Positions 49,979 through 58,842 of a stretch of 64,000 nt of DNA are shown piece after piece (position 1 is the stretch's first letter; every line of letters begins with the position of its first letter). Location of the stretch: the NCBI GenBank assembly GCA_039799905.1, contig JBDLRP010000048.1:1-64000 (forward strand). Reading direction: 5' to 3'. The DNA is from Pseudomonadota bacterium. Lineage in GTDB: Bacteria > Bdellovibrionota_B > Oligoflexia > Silvanigrellales > Silvanigrellaceae. Under the pieces are notes generated by a model. It saw nothing but the letters and a program-made list of their open reading frames with translations. It was not told the origin of the DNA and did no database searches. The position numbers were made by a program, and so were the translations under genes.

Positions 49979-51115
49979 ATGGACGTCTTTCACCTCGTCA
50001 GAGATTTTCTCAGCGGACAAGCGGGGTCAGCGAGTTTTGAAGAAGAGCTGCAGACTCTCGACAACACGCAGATTCGCATTGCGCTTTTGGGGCGATCCGG
50101 AACAGGGAAGTCGAGCCTGATGAACGCACTTGTGGGCGAGCGGGTTGCCGCCTCGGGCGCAGTGGAAACAACGACAAAGGCGCAAGAATTTGATGTCAAC
50201 GGTCTGATTTTTGTTGATCTGCCCGGCGGCGGAACATCACAATTCCCGTTTGACGAGTATCTCGACACAATCAAGATTGCACGCTACGACGCCTTCGTTT
50301 TAGTTGTATCAAAAAGAATACTCGAGAGCGATTCGGACCTGTTCAACGAATTGAAAAGCAGAACTGGAAAAAAGATTCACATCGTCCGTACCATGCTCGA
50401 TCAGGATATCGAAAATGCAGTACACGATGGCGTTTCTCCAGAGCTGTTGACGCACAGACTCCGCGCTGATCTCGAGGGAAAATTCGGCACCACAAATCAC
50501 TGCTGGCTTATTTCCAACCGACATCCGGACGCATATGATTTTCCTGCTTTTTCCGATTCGCTGCTGGAAGATTTTGATGAGGCGCGCCGTGATAAATACG
50601 TTTTCGCAGTGCAGGCCTACACAACCGATCAGTTGCGCCGCAAGCGGGAAGTCGCCGAGCGCCACGTCACGCTGTTTGCCGGCATGGCGGCCGTCAACGG
50701 ATTCAATCCGATACCTGCTGCCGATATCGTTGCCGACGTGGCAATTCTGGTCAAAATGAATCAATGGATTTTGCGCTGCTACAAACTGGATGAGGAGCAT
50801 CTGAAGAAAGAGCTGCGGCGCGCGCCAATGACATCGGCGCAAGTCACACTGATCAATCGCCTGATTGCCTATGGCACGCGTGAATTCATTCTCTCGCTGT
50901 TGAAAAAACAGGCCACACGCATGACGGGAAAAGAAATTGCAAAATGGGTTCCTGTTGTCGGCCAGATGGCATCTGCAGGCCTTGGATTCGCTCTGACCCG
51001 CTGGATGGGGCACGACCTCATCGGTCAGTGTGAAGAGGCGACCCGGGCACTTTTGCAGGTCAACGCCGCAGCGTCCGGTAAAAGCAGTAAACCCAAGATG
51101 AGCAAGAAAAACTGA
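49979..51115 (+). CDS. Interferon-inducible GTPase (IIGP/IRG)-like P-loop GTPase
   Basis: GRSGTGKSSLMNAL, GAVETT, DLPGGGT..F..DEYL..YD.F, VRTMLDQDI, LISN..YDFP; hydrophobic C-terminal helices. Confidence 0.85.
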   Translation: MDVFHLVRDFLSGQAGSASFEEELQTLDNTQIRIALLGRSGTGKSSLMNALVGERVAASGAVETTTKAQEFDVNGLIFVDLPGGGTSQFPFDEYLDTIKIARYDAFVLVVSKRILESDSDLFNELKSRTGKKIHIVRTMLDQDIENAVHDGVSPELLTHRLRADLEGKFGTTNHCWLISNRHPDAYDFPAFSDSLLEDFDEARRDKYVFAVQAYTTDQLRRKREVAERHVTLFAGMAAVNGFNPIPAADIVADVAILVKMNQWILRCYKLDEEHLKKELRRAPMTSAQVTLINRLIAYGTREFILSLLKKQATRMTGKEIAKWVPVVGQMASAGLGFALTRWMGHDLIGQCEEATRALLQVNAAASGKSSKPKMSKKN

Positions 51116-51159
51116 ACGGGTGCTGATGCATCAAATCAAAACGTTTCACCCCGCACAGC

Positions 51160-52194
51160 TTATGCCGGAAGTTGCTGATCGATGCGGACCTTGCCGTCGA
51201 ACACATTGTAGACCTGCTCTTCGTCAGCCCGCGAGGCACGCAGACTGCCCGTCAACTGTGGAAGCGCGGTCATTAATTTCTGACATTGTTCAATGCCTCG
51301 CATGGCGCGCTGAAGCTGCTCTCCGACTTGCTCGCTGATTTGTGTGAGTTGTTTTTCAGCATCCTGCAGCATGCGGATTTTTTCGTTCACCCCGACCGAC
51401 ATCTCATAGTAGCGGATGGCGTGTGAGAGCGGCTGCAAGGCGACGAACAAGGTATGCGGAGAGACAACCAGAACACGTTCGTCGACGAGCGATTGCCAAA
51501 GCTCAACATCATGAAGAACTTCCTGAAAGACTCCCTCAGAGGGAATGAAGAGATATGCAAAATCGGTTGTTCCCAGCTCTGGCCTGACATACTTGCGGGC
51601 AATCTCACGAGCGCTTGTCCTCAGAGCTGAGGAAAGTTGTTTGCGAGCCTCGCGCATTTCTGCTTCGTCGACACGGCCTTCCAACAACACCTGTGCAGCG
51701 GCAAAATGAAACTTTGCATCAATTGGACAAACCAGACCAACGTGGGGAAAGCGAATCACGGCGTCAACTCGTCCGCCGCCAATGTCGTATTGAAATGCGT
51801 AGCCGTGTGGTGGCAAAAAGTCACTCAGGAGTCTTTCGAGGGTCGTTTCGCCCAGAATCCGCCCGCGCAAATGCGGCACCACCAGCGCTGTCTTGAGCGA
51901 ACCTACAGCGTCATTCATCGTTTTGAGCTGTTGCGCCTGACCACCCAGTTGCGAGTGAACATCGCGGCTCCAGTTCTCTACCCGCTTGGCGAGGGCATCG
52001 CCCTGCTGGGCAATGTGCTGTTCGAGCTGACGCTGGAAATTATGCAGTTCAGTGAGCTTTGCATCCTGCTTTTTTTGCATCGACCGCGACCAGCCGCGCA
52101 ACAGAACGCCGATACAAACAAGCCCTATGAGGAGAGTCACACTGAGCGGATATGCAAGTGCGGTTACGATTGTGTTAGTATCTACAAGCGACAT
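51160..52194 (-). CDS. rmuC: DNA recombination protein RmuC family
   Basis: N-terminal TM and coiled coil; RGRILGE, RVDAVI, PIDAKF, KYVRP..TTDFAYLFIPSEG, VSPHTL. Confidence 0.88.
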   Translation of the reverse strand: MSLVDTNTIVTALAYPLSVTLLIGLVCIGVLLRGWSRSMQKKQDAKLTELHNFQRQLEQHIAQQGDALAKRVENWSRDVHSQLGGQAQQLKTMNDAVGSLKTALVVPHLRGRILGETTLERLLSDFLPPHGYAFQYDIGGGRVDAVIRFPHVGLVCPIDAKFHFAAAQVLLEGRVDEAEMREARKQLSSALRTSAREIARKYVRPELGTTDFAYLFIPSEGVFQEVLHDVELWQSLVDERVLVVSPHTLFVALQPLSHAIRYYEMSVGVNEKIRMLQDAEKQLTQISEQVGEQLQRAMRGIEQCQKLMTALPQLTGSLRASRADEEQVYNVFDGKVRIDQQLPA

Positions 52195-52227
52195 GCCGCG
52201 TACCTCCCTATGGACTGGTGAGATTCT

Positions 52228-53238
52228 ATGAGCAGCAGACAAACTTTGCCAGACAGGCCGTTGAGCGATTGGCTCGTGTCGCGCGCGAACAATGCTGCGG
52301 CTGATGCGCTTGAGCATTTCCTGCTGCAGTTTCAGAGCCTGAATACCCGCCGCAGCTATCGCTCGGACGTCGATTCTTTTTTTCGCTGCTGGCAAAAACT
52401 GAATGTCGATCTTGGGGAGAATTTGAACTCAGTCAGCGAGAAGCACGTGCTGCTCTGGCTGGAGCAATTTGCGCAGAGTGCCACCCGTGCGCGCAAGCTG
52501 GCAAGCCTGAGTTCGTTTTTTGGATTCTGTGAACAACGCAAACTGTTGGATGTGAATCCCTGCACCCTGATCGCAAGACCGCACGTCGAGCCAACTCAAG
52601 AGACACAGGCGCTCAATGAGCAGGAGACTCTCAAACTTCTAAATCATTTGTACGCCGCCGCCTTCGACTTATCCCCGACGGGAGTGCATGCGCGCCGGCA
52701 GAAACTCGCCGCACAATTGCGCTTCGCAGTTATACACACGCTTTTTTCCGTCGGCATGCGGGTCGATGAACTTTGCGAATTGCGGGTGGCTGATCTTTTT
52801 TTTGAACCGCCGGACTACCGGCTGCGCTTTGTCAGCAAAGGCGGCGATGAACACACAACCGCAGTCTCGGAGTCGTGCGCCCAGGTTATAAAAGACTACT
52901 TGAATGAATGCAGGGGCGAAGTGTGCGCTGACGATTTTGTATTTGTTCGGGTACAGGCAACAAAGACTCAGGTGAAGCTGTCACAAACCGCAGTCTTCAA
53001 GATGATCAGAGAATCCGCGCGCGACGCCGGACTCAATAAAATTCTCAGCCCGCATAGTGCGCGCGCCACGGTCGCTACAGTCTTACACCGGCAAGGTGTA
53101 CCGTTGGGCTTCATCCAGAACCTTCTGAATCACAAGCAAATCACGACCACCGCGCGCTATGTTAAAAAAGCAAACGAGCGCGACGAATCCGCCGCGCTCA
53201 AGGCACCCGTTTCACTCTGGCTTGGCAATAACGAGTAA
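52228..53238 (+). CDS. Tyrosine recombinase (XerC/XerD-like)
   Basis: Complete catalytic set: GMRVDEL (R), KGG (K), HSAR (H-x-x-R), LNH, TTARY (Y). Confidence 0.92.
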   Translation: MSSRQTLPDRPLSDWLVSRANNAAADALEHFLLQFQSLNTRRSYRSDVDSFFRCWQKLNVDLGENLNSVSEKHVLLWLEQFAQSATRARKLASLSSFFGFCEQRKLLDVNPCTLIARPHVEPTQETQALNEQETLKLLNHLYAAAFDLSPTGVHARRQKLAAQLRFAVIHTLFSVGMRVDELCELRVADLFFEPPDYRLRFVSKGGDEHTTAVSESCAQVIKDYLNECRGEVCADDFVFVRVQATKTQVKLSQTAVFKMIRESARDAGLNKILSPHSARATVATVLHRQGVPLGFIQNLLNHKQITTTARYVKKANERDESAALKAPVSLWLGNNE

Positions 53239-53241
53239 CTG

Positions 53242-53268
53242 CGCAAACCGCACTTGCGGCGATTTGCG
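53242..53268. terminator. Hairpin between the convergent recombinase and IHF genes
   Basis: CGCAAACCGC-ACTT-GCGG-CGA-TTTGCG imperfect inverted repeat; no U-tract. Confidence 0.35.
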
Positions 53269-53278
53269 ATGGACCCGC

Positions 53279-53629
53279 TCAGATATCTTCGTCGTCGTCG
53301 TCGCGCATGCCCGGTCCGACGATTGTCACCTTGCTATCGTCGAGGTCGGCATTCTTAACCGCGTCGCGCAACTTTTCCGAAGGATGGAACGTCACAACAC
53401 GACGAGCCGAAATTTCGATTCGCTCACCCGTGTGGGGGTTACGCCCGGGACGGCTCTGTTTGCTTTTGACCGTCCACTTGCCGAATCCGGAGATCTTGAC
53501 CTCCTCACCCTGCTCCAGCTTGTTCTTCATTGTTTCAAGCATCAGTTCAACAAGCTTTTTAGCTTCCTGGGACGAGAACTGAGTCCGCTGGCGGATGATC
53601 TCGACAAGCCTATCTTTGGTGAGTGTCAT
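53279..53629 (-). CDS. ihfA: Integration host factor alpha-like (HU/IHF family)
   Basis: MTLTKDRL, VKISGFGKW, RPGRNPHTGE, RRVVTFHPS; acidic tail. Confidence 0.85.
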   Translation of the reverse strand: MTLTKDRLVEIIRQRTQFSSQEAKKLVELMLETMKNKLEQGEEVKISGFGKWTVKSKQSRPGRNPHTGERIEISARRVVTFHPSEKLRDAVKNADLDDSKVTIVGPGMRDDDDEDI

Positions 53630-53863
53630 GGTGCAGTATCCCCTCTCAAATGCGGCATTGCTCACACTTGCGTGTATCATTTCACACCCTTACCCCGACC
53701 TTCAACGGCACCTGCGTCAAAAATTCCGAATACAGCCCAAAGAATTCACTCTGATAAAGGGTTGCGCGGTCGCAGTGCCCCTCCCCAGGGCTTGCCGATC
53801 CGACGCCAGACCGTTAGACACTCCGTGGGCCTGAGCCCCAACGCTTGCCGGAGACCACACACT

Positions 53864-54265
53864 ATGAATCTACTCTTTTTGCACGCTTTTTTTGCCACCA
53901 CCCTGTTCGGAGCCGTCTTGGCAGATGCGCTCTTCCTCCGTTCAAAAAACTCGCAGATTCTTCAGCCCGAAGCGCTGGTCGCAAGCTGGCGCCGCTGGAT
54001 TGGCCTCTATGAAATGCTCGCTGTTGTCGTCGTCGCAGGATTGGGAATCGTCCAATGGATGCCGAATATGGCGGCCTACTCCGCGCCGGTTTTCCACAGC
54101 AAGTTTTCGCTTCTTCTCGTTCTTCTTGGACTCGCCAAGGTGCGCATGCTCAAGGAAAGAAAGTCGGGTGTTCCGTCGTTCACCTTGACGCGCCTCATGC
54201 TTGCTGTGGTGACCCTTATGGTCCTTCTGGGCTTCGGATCCAGTTCCGGAGTCATTCCTCGATGA
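53864..54265 (+). CDS. Small four-TM membrane protein
   Basis: Four hydrophobic segments, FHSK motif; stop overlaps the trpS start (ATGA). Confidence 0.7.
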   Translation: MNLLFLHAFFATTLFGAVLADALFLRSKNSQILQPEALVASWRRWIGLYEMLAVVVVAGLGIVQWMPNMAAYSAPVFHSKFSLLLVLLGLAKVRMLKERKSGVPSFTLTRLMLAVVTLMVLLGFGSSSGVIPR

Positions 54266-55287
54266 CTTCTGCACAGCCCACCCACACAACACACGTCGTC
54301 GGGCGCACGCGGGTTCTGACGGGAGCCAAACCGACAGCCGACCTGCACGTCGGCAATTTCTTCGGCGCCATCAGGCCGGCGGTTGAAGCCTCGCTTGATA
54401 AAAGCAGAGAAGTCATTCTGATGTGCGTGGACTGGCATGGTCTCACCGATCGCGCCAAAATTCTTGAGCCAGGCAAAAATACCGCAGGCTTGCTCGCCAC
54501 GTATCTGACCATGGGATTCTCGCTCGAAGACAACATGTGTATCGTGCAGAGCGAAATTCCACAGATTCAGGAAATCGCATGGTACCTGTCTTGTGTGAGT
54601 GCAGTCGGTCTTCTCGAGCGGGCACATGCGTACAAAGACGCAGTTGCAAACGGCAAGGAGCCGACCGCGGGTCTGTTCAATTACCCTGTGCTGATGGCAG
54701 CTGACATTGTTACCTTCGATGCACAGGTCGTACCTGTCGGCAAAGACCAATCCCAGCATCTCGAATACGCATCAGACATGGTGAAGCTCTTTAACAACTC
54801 GGTGGGCAGGCCTGTGCTCTTTGAACCCAAAGCGTTGATTCAGGAAACACCGTTGCTGATCGGCACCGATGGGGAACGGAAGATGAGCAAGAGCTATGGC
54901 AATCATCTGCCTTTGTTCGCCCCGAAAAAGGAGATCGAAAAGCGCTGCAAGGAAATCAAAACTGATTCCAAAGGACTCGACGATCCCAAAGACCCCGAGA
55001 CCTGCGCGGTGTTCCAGATTCTCAAATCATTCGGATCGAATGAGTCCATTGAATACATGGACGACCGACTCCGGCGCGGCACGGGTTATGGCTATGGCCA
55101 TGCCAAAAAAGACCTCTTTGAGGAGCATGAACGGGTCTTTGGCAGCAAACGCGAGTTGTATGAGCACTACCTGAACAGTCCGCGCGAGGTGGCCCAACTC
55201 CTGTCGGCAGGACACGAAAAGGCCCGCCAGCTGGCAGCGACAGTTCGCCAACGGGTGCGCGATGCGCTTGGTTTGGGTATTCTGTAG
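54262..55287 (+). CDS. trpS: Tryptophan--tRNA ligase
   Basis: TGAKPTADLHVGN (HIGH-like), YPVLMAADI, VPVGKDQ, KMSKS. Confidence 0.96.
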   Translation: MTSAQPTHTTHVVGRTRVLTGAKPTADLHVGNFFGAIRPAVEASLDKSREVILMCVDWHGLTDRAKILEPGKNTAGLLATYLTMGFSLEDNMCIVQSEIPQIQEIAWYLSCVSAVGLLERAHAYKDAVANGKEPTAGLFNYPVLMAADIVTFDAQVVPVGKDQSQHLEYASDMVKLFNNSVGRPVLFEPKALIQETPLLIGTDGERKMSKSYGNHLPLFAPKKEIEKRCKEIKTDSKGLDDPKDPETCAVFQILKSFGSNESIEYMDDRLRRGTGYGYGHAKKDLFEEHERVFGSKRELYEHYLNSPREVAQLLSAGHEKARQLAATVRQRVRDALGLGIL

Positions 55288-55316
55288 GCAAACATACAGC
55301 CTGCAGGAGCCCCACC

Positions 55317-56504
55317 ATGAACCGACAAACCGTCGACAGACCAATTCTGCGTACTGCTCCGCTGCTGCTCGGCAGCGTTGCCCTGCTCAGCGGCTGTCAG
55401 CTGTTGGGATCCAAAAACAACACTTTTGTACAAAAGGACGCGACAGGGAAGATTCAAGCTCTGCTGCTGCCCTATAACGACACCATTGCCGACGCTGCGC
55501 CCTCGAACCCGAGCGTGCCGCCCATCACTGCAACTGATCCGTCCGCCGCGACCGACACAAGTGCGGCGCCCTCTGCCGACAGCGATGCGCCAACACCCGA
55601 CACGGCCGATGCTGTCACAACAACCTTCAAAAAAATGGGCCAATGCTGGTACATGGTCCGCGAGCAGGACAAACGTAAAAAGAAAATTGACCTGCAGACG
55701 GTCAATTTAAGCCTGCCAGCAGACCAAGCCGATGCTCTTGAGGGAGCAGAGCTCATCACACCGAATTATGTTCCGACACCAGCACTCATCGGCGCCATGA
55801 AACGGGATCCTCTGCTGCGTAACATGCGCGCGCTTTATGACAATACGCGGCAGCGGCTGACGGAAGCCAGCCAACGTAATTTTTCCAATCTGACCTCAAA
55901 TCCTGTTTACGTTGCAACGGTTGGCGGTACGATCGCCAGTCAGGCTTTTCTCAACGACAGATTGGGCGGAATGAGCGCAGAAGACCTTCTTGCCAACCGA
56001 GAGAAAGCCGTAGCTTTTTGGGCAAGAGTGACGGAAAACTCGGCCATTGCAAAATTCCGCAACGGAGCGCTCGTCGCAAAGCTCGCAGGCCCGCGCAACA
56101 CCATCGTCAAGTCGGCATACGACGTGTTCAACAAGGCACATCACTTCTGCTTTAGAAATCCATCCACTTCGCGTGTCATGGGCCTTGCCTGTGTGACGGG
56201 ACTCGTCACCGTCATTTCGGCGGCCATTCAGGGATCGGTCAATCTGTGGACAGAAAACACTGAAAAACCGCCACCACTTTTCAAGGCTGACAAGCAATTC
56301 CTTGACGAATTTGCTGCTGCTGTCTCGGACATCGAAAAGGAAGCATTAGTCACGTCCGATGAACTCGATGCACTCACGCGCGTGGCCGACGGAAAAACTC
56401 CCGAGGGAGTGCTCCGCCGGCTCGGCAAACGCCCGGGTGCCGCCTGCCCGACATCACAGCAGGCAGCACGCAACCTCCGTGTCGCGGCAGGATTGGAACA
56501 ATAG
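55317..56504 (+). CDS. Hypothetical lipoprotein
   Basis: LLSGC lipobox, Pro/Thr/Ala/Asp-rich linker, internal hydrophobic helix. Confidence 0.7.
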   Translation: MNRQTVDRPILRTAPLLLGSVALLSGCQLLGSKNNTFVQKDATGKIQALLLPYNDTIADAAPSNPSVPPITATDPSAATDTSAAPSADSDAPTPDTADAVTTTFKKMGQCWYMVREQDKRKKKIDLQTVNLSLPADQADALEGAELITPNYVPTPALIGAMKRDPLLRNMRALYDNTRQRLTEASQRNFSNLTSNPVYVATVGGTIASQAFLNDRLGGMSAEDLLANREKAVAFWARVTENSAIAKFRNGALVAKLAGPRNTIVKSAYDVFNKAHHFCFRNPSTSRVMGLACVTGLVTVISAAIQGSVNLWTENTEKPPPLFKADKQFLDEFAAAVSDIEKEALVTSDELDALTRVADGKTPEGVLRRLGKRPGAACPTSQQAARNLRVAAGLEQ

Positions 56505-56507
56505 ACT

Positions 56508-57479
56508 TCAAAGCATCAACCCAACGTCGAGTCCGAAACGTGCTGTCTTTTGCGTGCGGCCGACGCCTGCGAAGATCGACACCGTCCTGTTTTCAAAACC
56601 AAGCCGACCTTCACCGCCGAAGTCGTCGCGCCATTTGTTCTCTTCATCCCAGACTCCGCCACCCAATGCCCGCGCACCAAGAATGATGCCGTTCAAGTTG
56701 AAACCTGCACCCAGCAGAGCATGAGCGCTGGCACGCTTCATGAGGTTGTCGCCCTTCGACATGGATGCAGCGGTGCCACCCATCTCGGTGCGCAGGTTGG
56801 GCATGCCTGTGTTTGGACGCACGTAGGCGACCTCAAGACCTATAATTGGAAATGATTCGTCCGAATCGCGGTCGGCATCCTGCCCCATTCGAGCTGCGAT
56901 GCGTCCAAAATTTTCACGCGACAATTCCGTCTTGACCACGGGCTCAACCGACACACGCGGCAGTTCCGCAGGCTCCTTCACGGGCTCGATTTGCGGTTCA
57001 CCCGTTTCAGACGAGGCACCTGCCGTTGAATGCAGACGGCGGTCTTCGCTGGTCACGGGATTGTCTCCCTCGGCCATCGCAGCCTTGGTTGCAGGAGTAA
57101 TCGCAACAAATGTCAGACGCACTGAATTGCCAAGCTGCCGGCTTGGGCCAGCATTCAGTGTGTCAATGCGCGCGGCTGGAAAGTCTGCCGAGAGCTTCCG
57201 CCGCAAGTTCTCGATGCGTGTGTCCGCGCGCTTGATATTCGCATTCAATTTTCCCGCAGCCTGAGTGCTTGCGAGAATCTGAAAATACTCGATATCATCC
57301 TTGCGGTTGATGAACGATGCCAGACAGTCATCAAGAGCCTTTGAGGGAACAGCGGTTACGTTGCCGCTGTATCTGAGCGTACAATCATGCGCTTCGGTGC
57401 GGCTGGCAGCCTGCGCGTTCTGCAGTACAAACCACGCGGATAATGCCGCACCGGCCATCAACAGTTGATGTCCCTTCAT
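56508..57479 (-). CDS. Exported protein with C-terminal beta-barrel-like region
   Basis: Signal peptide ending AQA; Gly/aromatic alternating strands ending RFGLDVGLML. Confidence 0.65.
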   Translation of the reverse strand: MKGHQLLMAGAALSAWFVLQNAQAASRTEAHDCTLRYSGNVTAVPSKALDDCLASFINRKDDIEYFQILASTQAAGKLNANIKRADTRIENLRRKLSADFPAARIDTLNAGPSRQLGNSVRLTFVAITPATKAAMAEGDNPVTSEDRRLHSTAGASSETGEPQIEPVKEPAELPRVSVEPVVKTELSRENFGRIAARMGQDADRDSDESFPIIGLEVAYVRPNTGMPNLRTEMGGTAASMSKGDNLMKRASAHALLGAGFNLNGIILGARALGGGVWDEENKWRDDFGGEGRLGFENRTVSIFAGVGRTQKTARFGLDVGLML

Positions 57480-57688
57480 GTCGCCTCCTATTGTTCAATC
57501 CCAACCAATTTCCGAGCCGGCCTGTGCAGAACTTCCGGCAAACGGCGCTTTTGTGCAATTTACGAATCTGATGATTCGACAAGTTTGAGGAGAGAAGGCG
57601 GACTCCCATCACCGACAATCTCCCGCCACAGCGACTGACTTCACGCCAGAGCATTTGCTAAAGTTGAGAAAGTTTTTCAGGAGCACGG

Positions 57689-58267
57689 GTGAACGTCTTA
57701 ATTAGAAAAAATAACGGAATGATACTTGGACCGATTGCCATCGGTGACCTCGCCAGCCTGCTCGCCTCAGGACAAATACATAAGGGCGACAAAGCGGCGC
57801 TGGAAGGAAGCAACGACTGGCAGGAGGTGACGACACTTCTCAAACAGTCAGGACTGAGCGGACATACGCTCGCGGGTCACGGCCGCCGTCTGATTGCCTT
57901 TTTGTTCGATTTGGGAATCCTCTTCATGATTGTGAATTTCTCAAATCTGCTGTTCGAAAAATTCCCGCTGTTTTCGGAAACACAATTGGACACTCAACGC
58001 CAGTTCATTTTTTATACTGTCATCTGGCAAATCGTGATCGCCCTGCTGCAGGCATCCAGACTACAGGCGTCGCTTGGAAAAGCTATTGTTGGTCTTGCGG
58101 TCCTCAGCGAGGAAAACCAGCGACTCACTCTGTCGCAGTCATTTGCGCGTCAGTTTGCCTTTATCGCTACGGCATCTTTTCTAATATTTTTCCTCATGCC
58201 GCTCTTCAGCCGGAAACGGCAGGCCGCGCACGACGTGATGATCCGCTCGGTTGTCGTCGAGGTTTGA
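57689..58267 (+). CDS. RDD family membrane protein with N-terminal GYF_2-like domain
   Basis: GP..DL..G.I..W N-domain; RRLIAFLFD, SLGK, RQAAHD. Confidence 0.85.
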   Translation: MNVLIRKNNGMILGPIAIGDLASLLASGQIHKGDKAALEGSNDWQEVTTLLKQSGLSGHTLAGHGRRLIAFLFDLGILFMIVNFSNLLFEKFPLFSETQLDTQRQFIFYTVIWQIVIALLQASRLQASLGKAIVGLAVLSEENQRLTLSQSFARQFAFIATASFLIFFLMPLFSRKRQAAHDVMIRSVVVEV

Positions 58268-58272
58268 TGGGT

Positions 58273-58842
58273 TCAAACCCGAATATCCTGATTGCGAATC
58301 CGCACGACCCGAGTTCCGCTGATTAAATCGGTCGGGTAAACACCGAACAGCAGCGTCAGCGGAAACAGACAGAGGATTCGTCCCACCGATTCACGAACTA
58401 TGACACGCACCAGACCAAGACGGGAGTTTGGAAAACTCGCGTGCACCACCTGCAGACCAAGAACCCTTTTTCCGAATGTCATCCCCGATTGCCAAGTCAG
58501 GAAAACCCAATAAAAAAATATCACCGGCGCAAACGATGCACTCGCTCCCAGGTTCACAAACATATTGTTTGTAAAATATGCTGTGGCAGACTTTATCAAC
58601 AAAGCGATGGGAGTGCAGATTGACAGATCAATTGCCAATGCGAACAGGCGCTCCTGCAGGCCGGCTTTTGAGTATACAGAAAAATCCTGCTCAAATTGAA
58701 ACTTGAGCAAACCGCTGTTCGCCCTCTCAGAAACAGCTGGCTGCGTTTTCGCATGTTGAACCTCGGCTGCCGTGCGGCTGCGTGCAGCAGCCATTCTCTG
58801 CTCGACCAGCGATATTTTACCGGAACTCTTGTCATCCGGCAT
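58273..58842 (-). CDS. RDD family membrane protein
   Basis: RLFALAID, GMTFGKRVLGL, RE, DLISGTRVV; GGAGG RBS. Confidence 0.85.
   Translation of the reverse strand: MPDDKSSGKISLVEQRMAAARSRTAAEVQHAKTQPAVSERANSGLLKFQFEQDFSVYSKAGLQERLFALAIDLSICTPIALLIKSATAYFTNNMFVNLGASASFAPVIFFYWVFLTWQSGMTFGKRVLGLQVVHASFPNSRLGLVRVIVRESVGRILCLFPLTLLFGVYPTDLISGTRVVRIRNQDIRV

Noticed and set aside
52195..52395. Extended rmuC N-terminus overlapping the recombinase
   Set aside because: A GGGAGG RBS precedes the ATG at 52194; the extension is shadow sequence.
52228..53238. Prophage or integrative element
   Set aside because: No phage, conjugation or transposase genes, no tRNA or att repeats, and housekeeping neighbours.
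53159..53863. N-terminal 235 aa of the 368-aa ORF
   Set aside because: Antisense to ihfA and overlapping the recombinase; the real gene likely starts at 53864.
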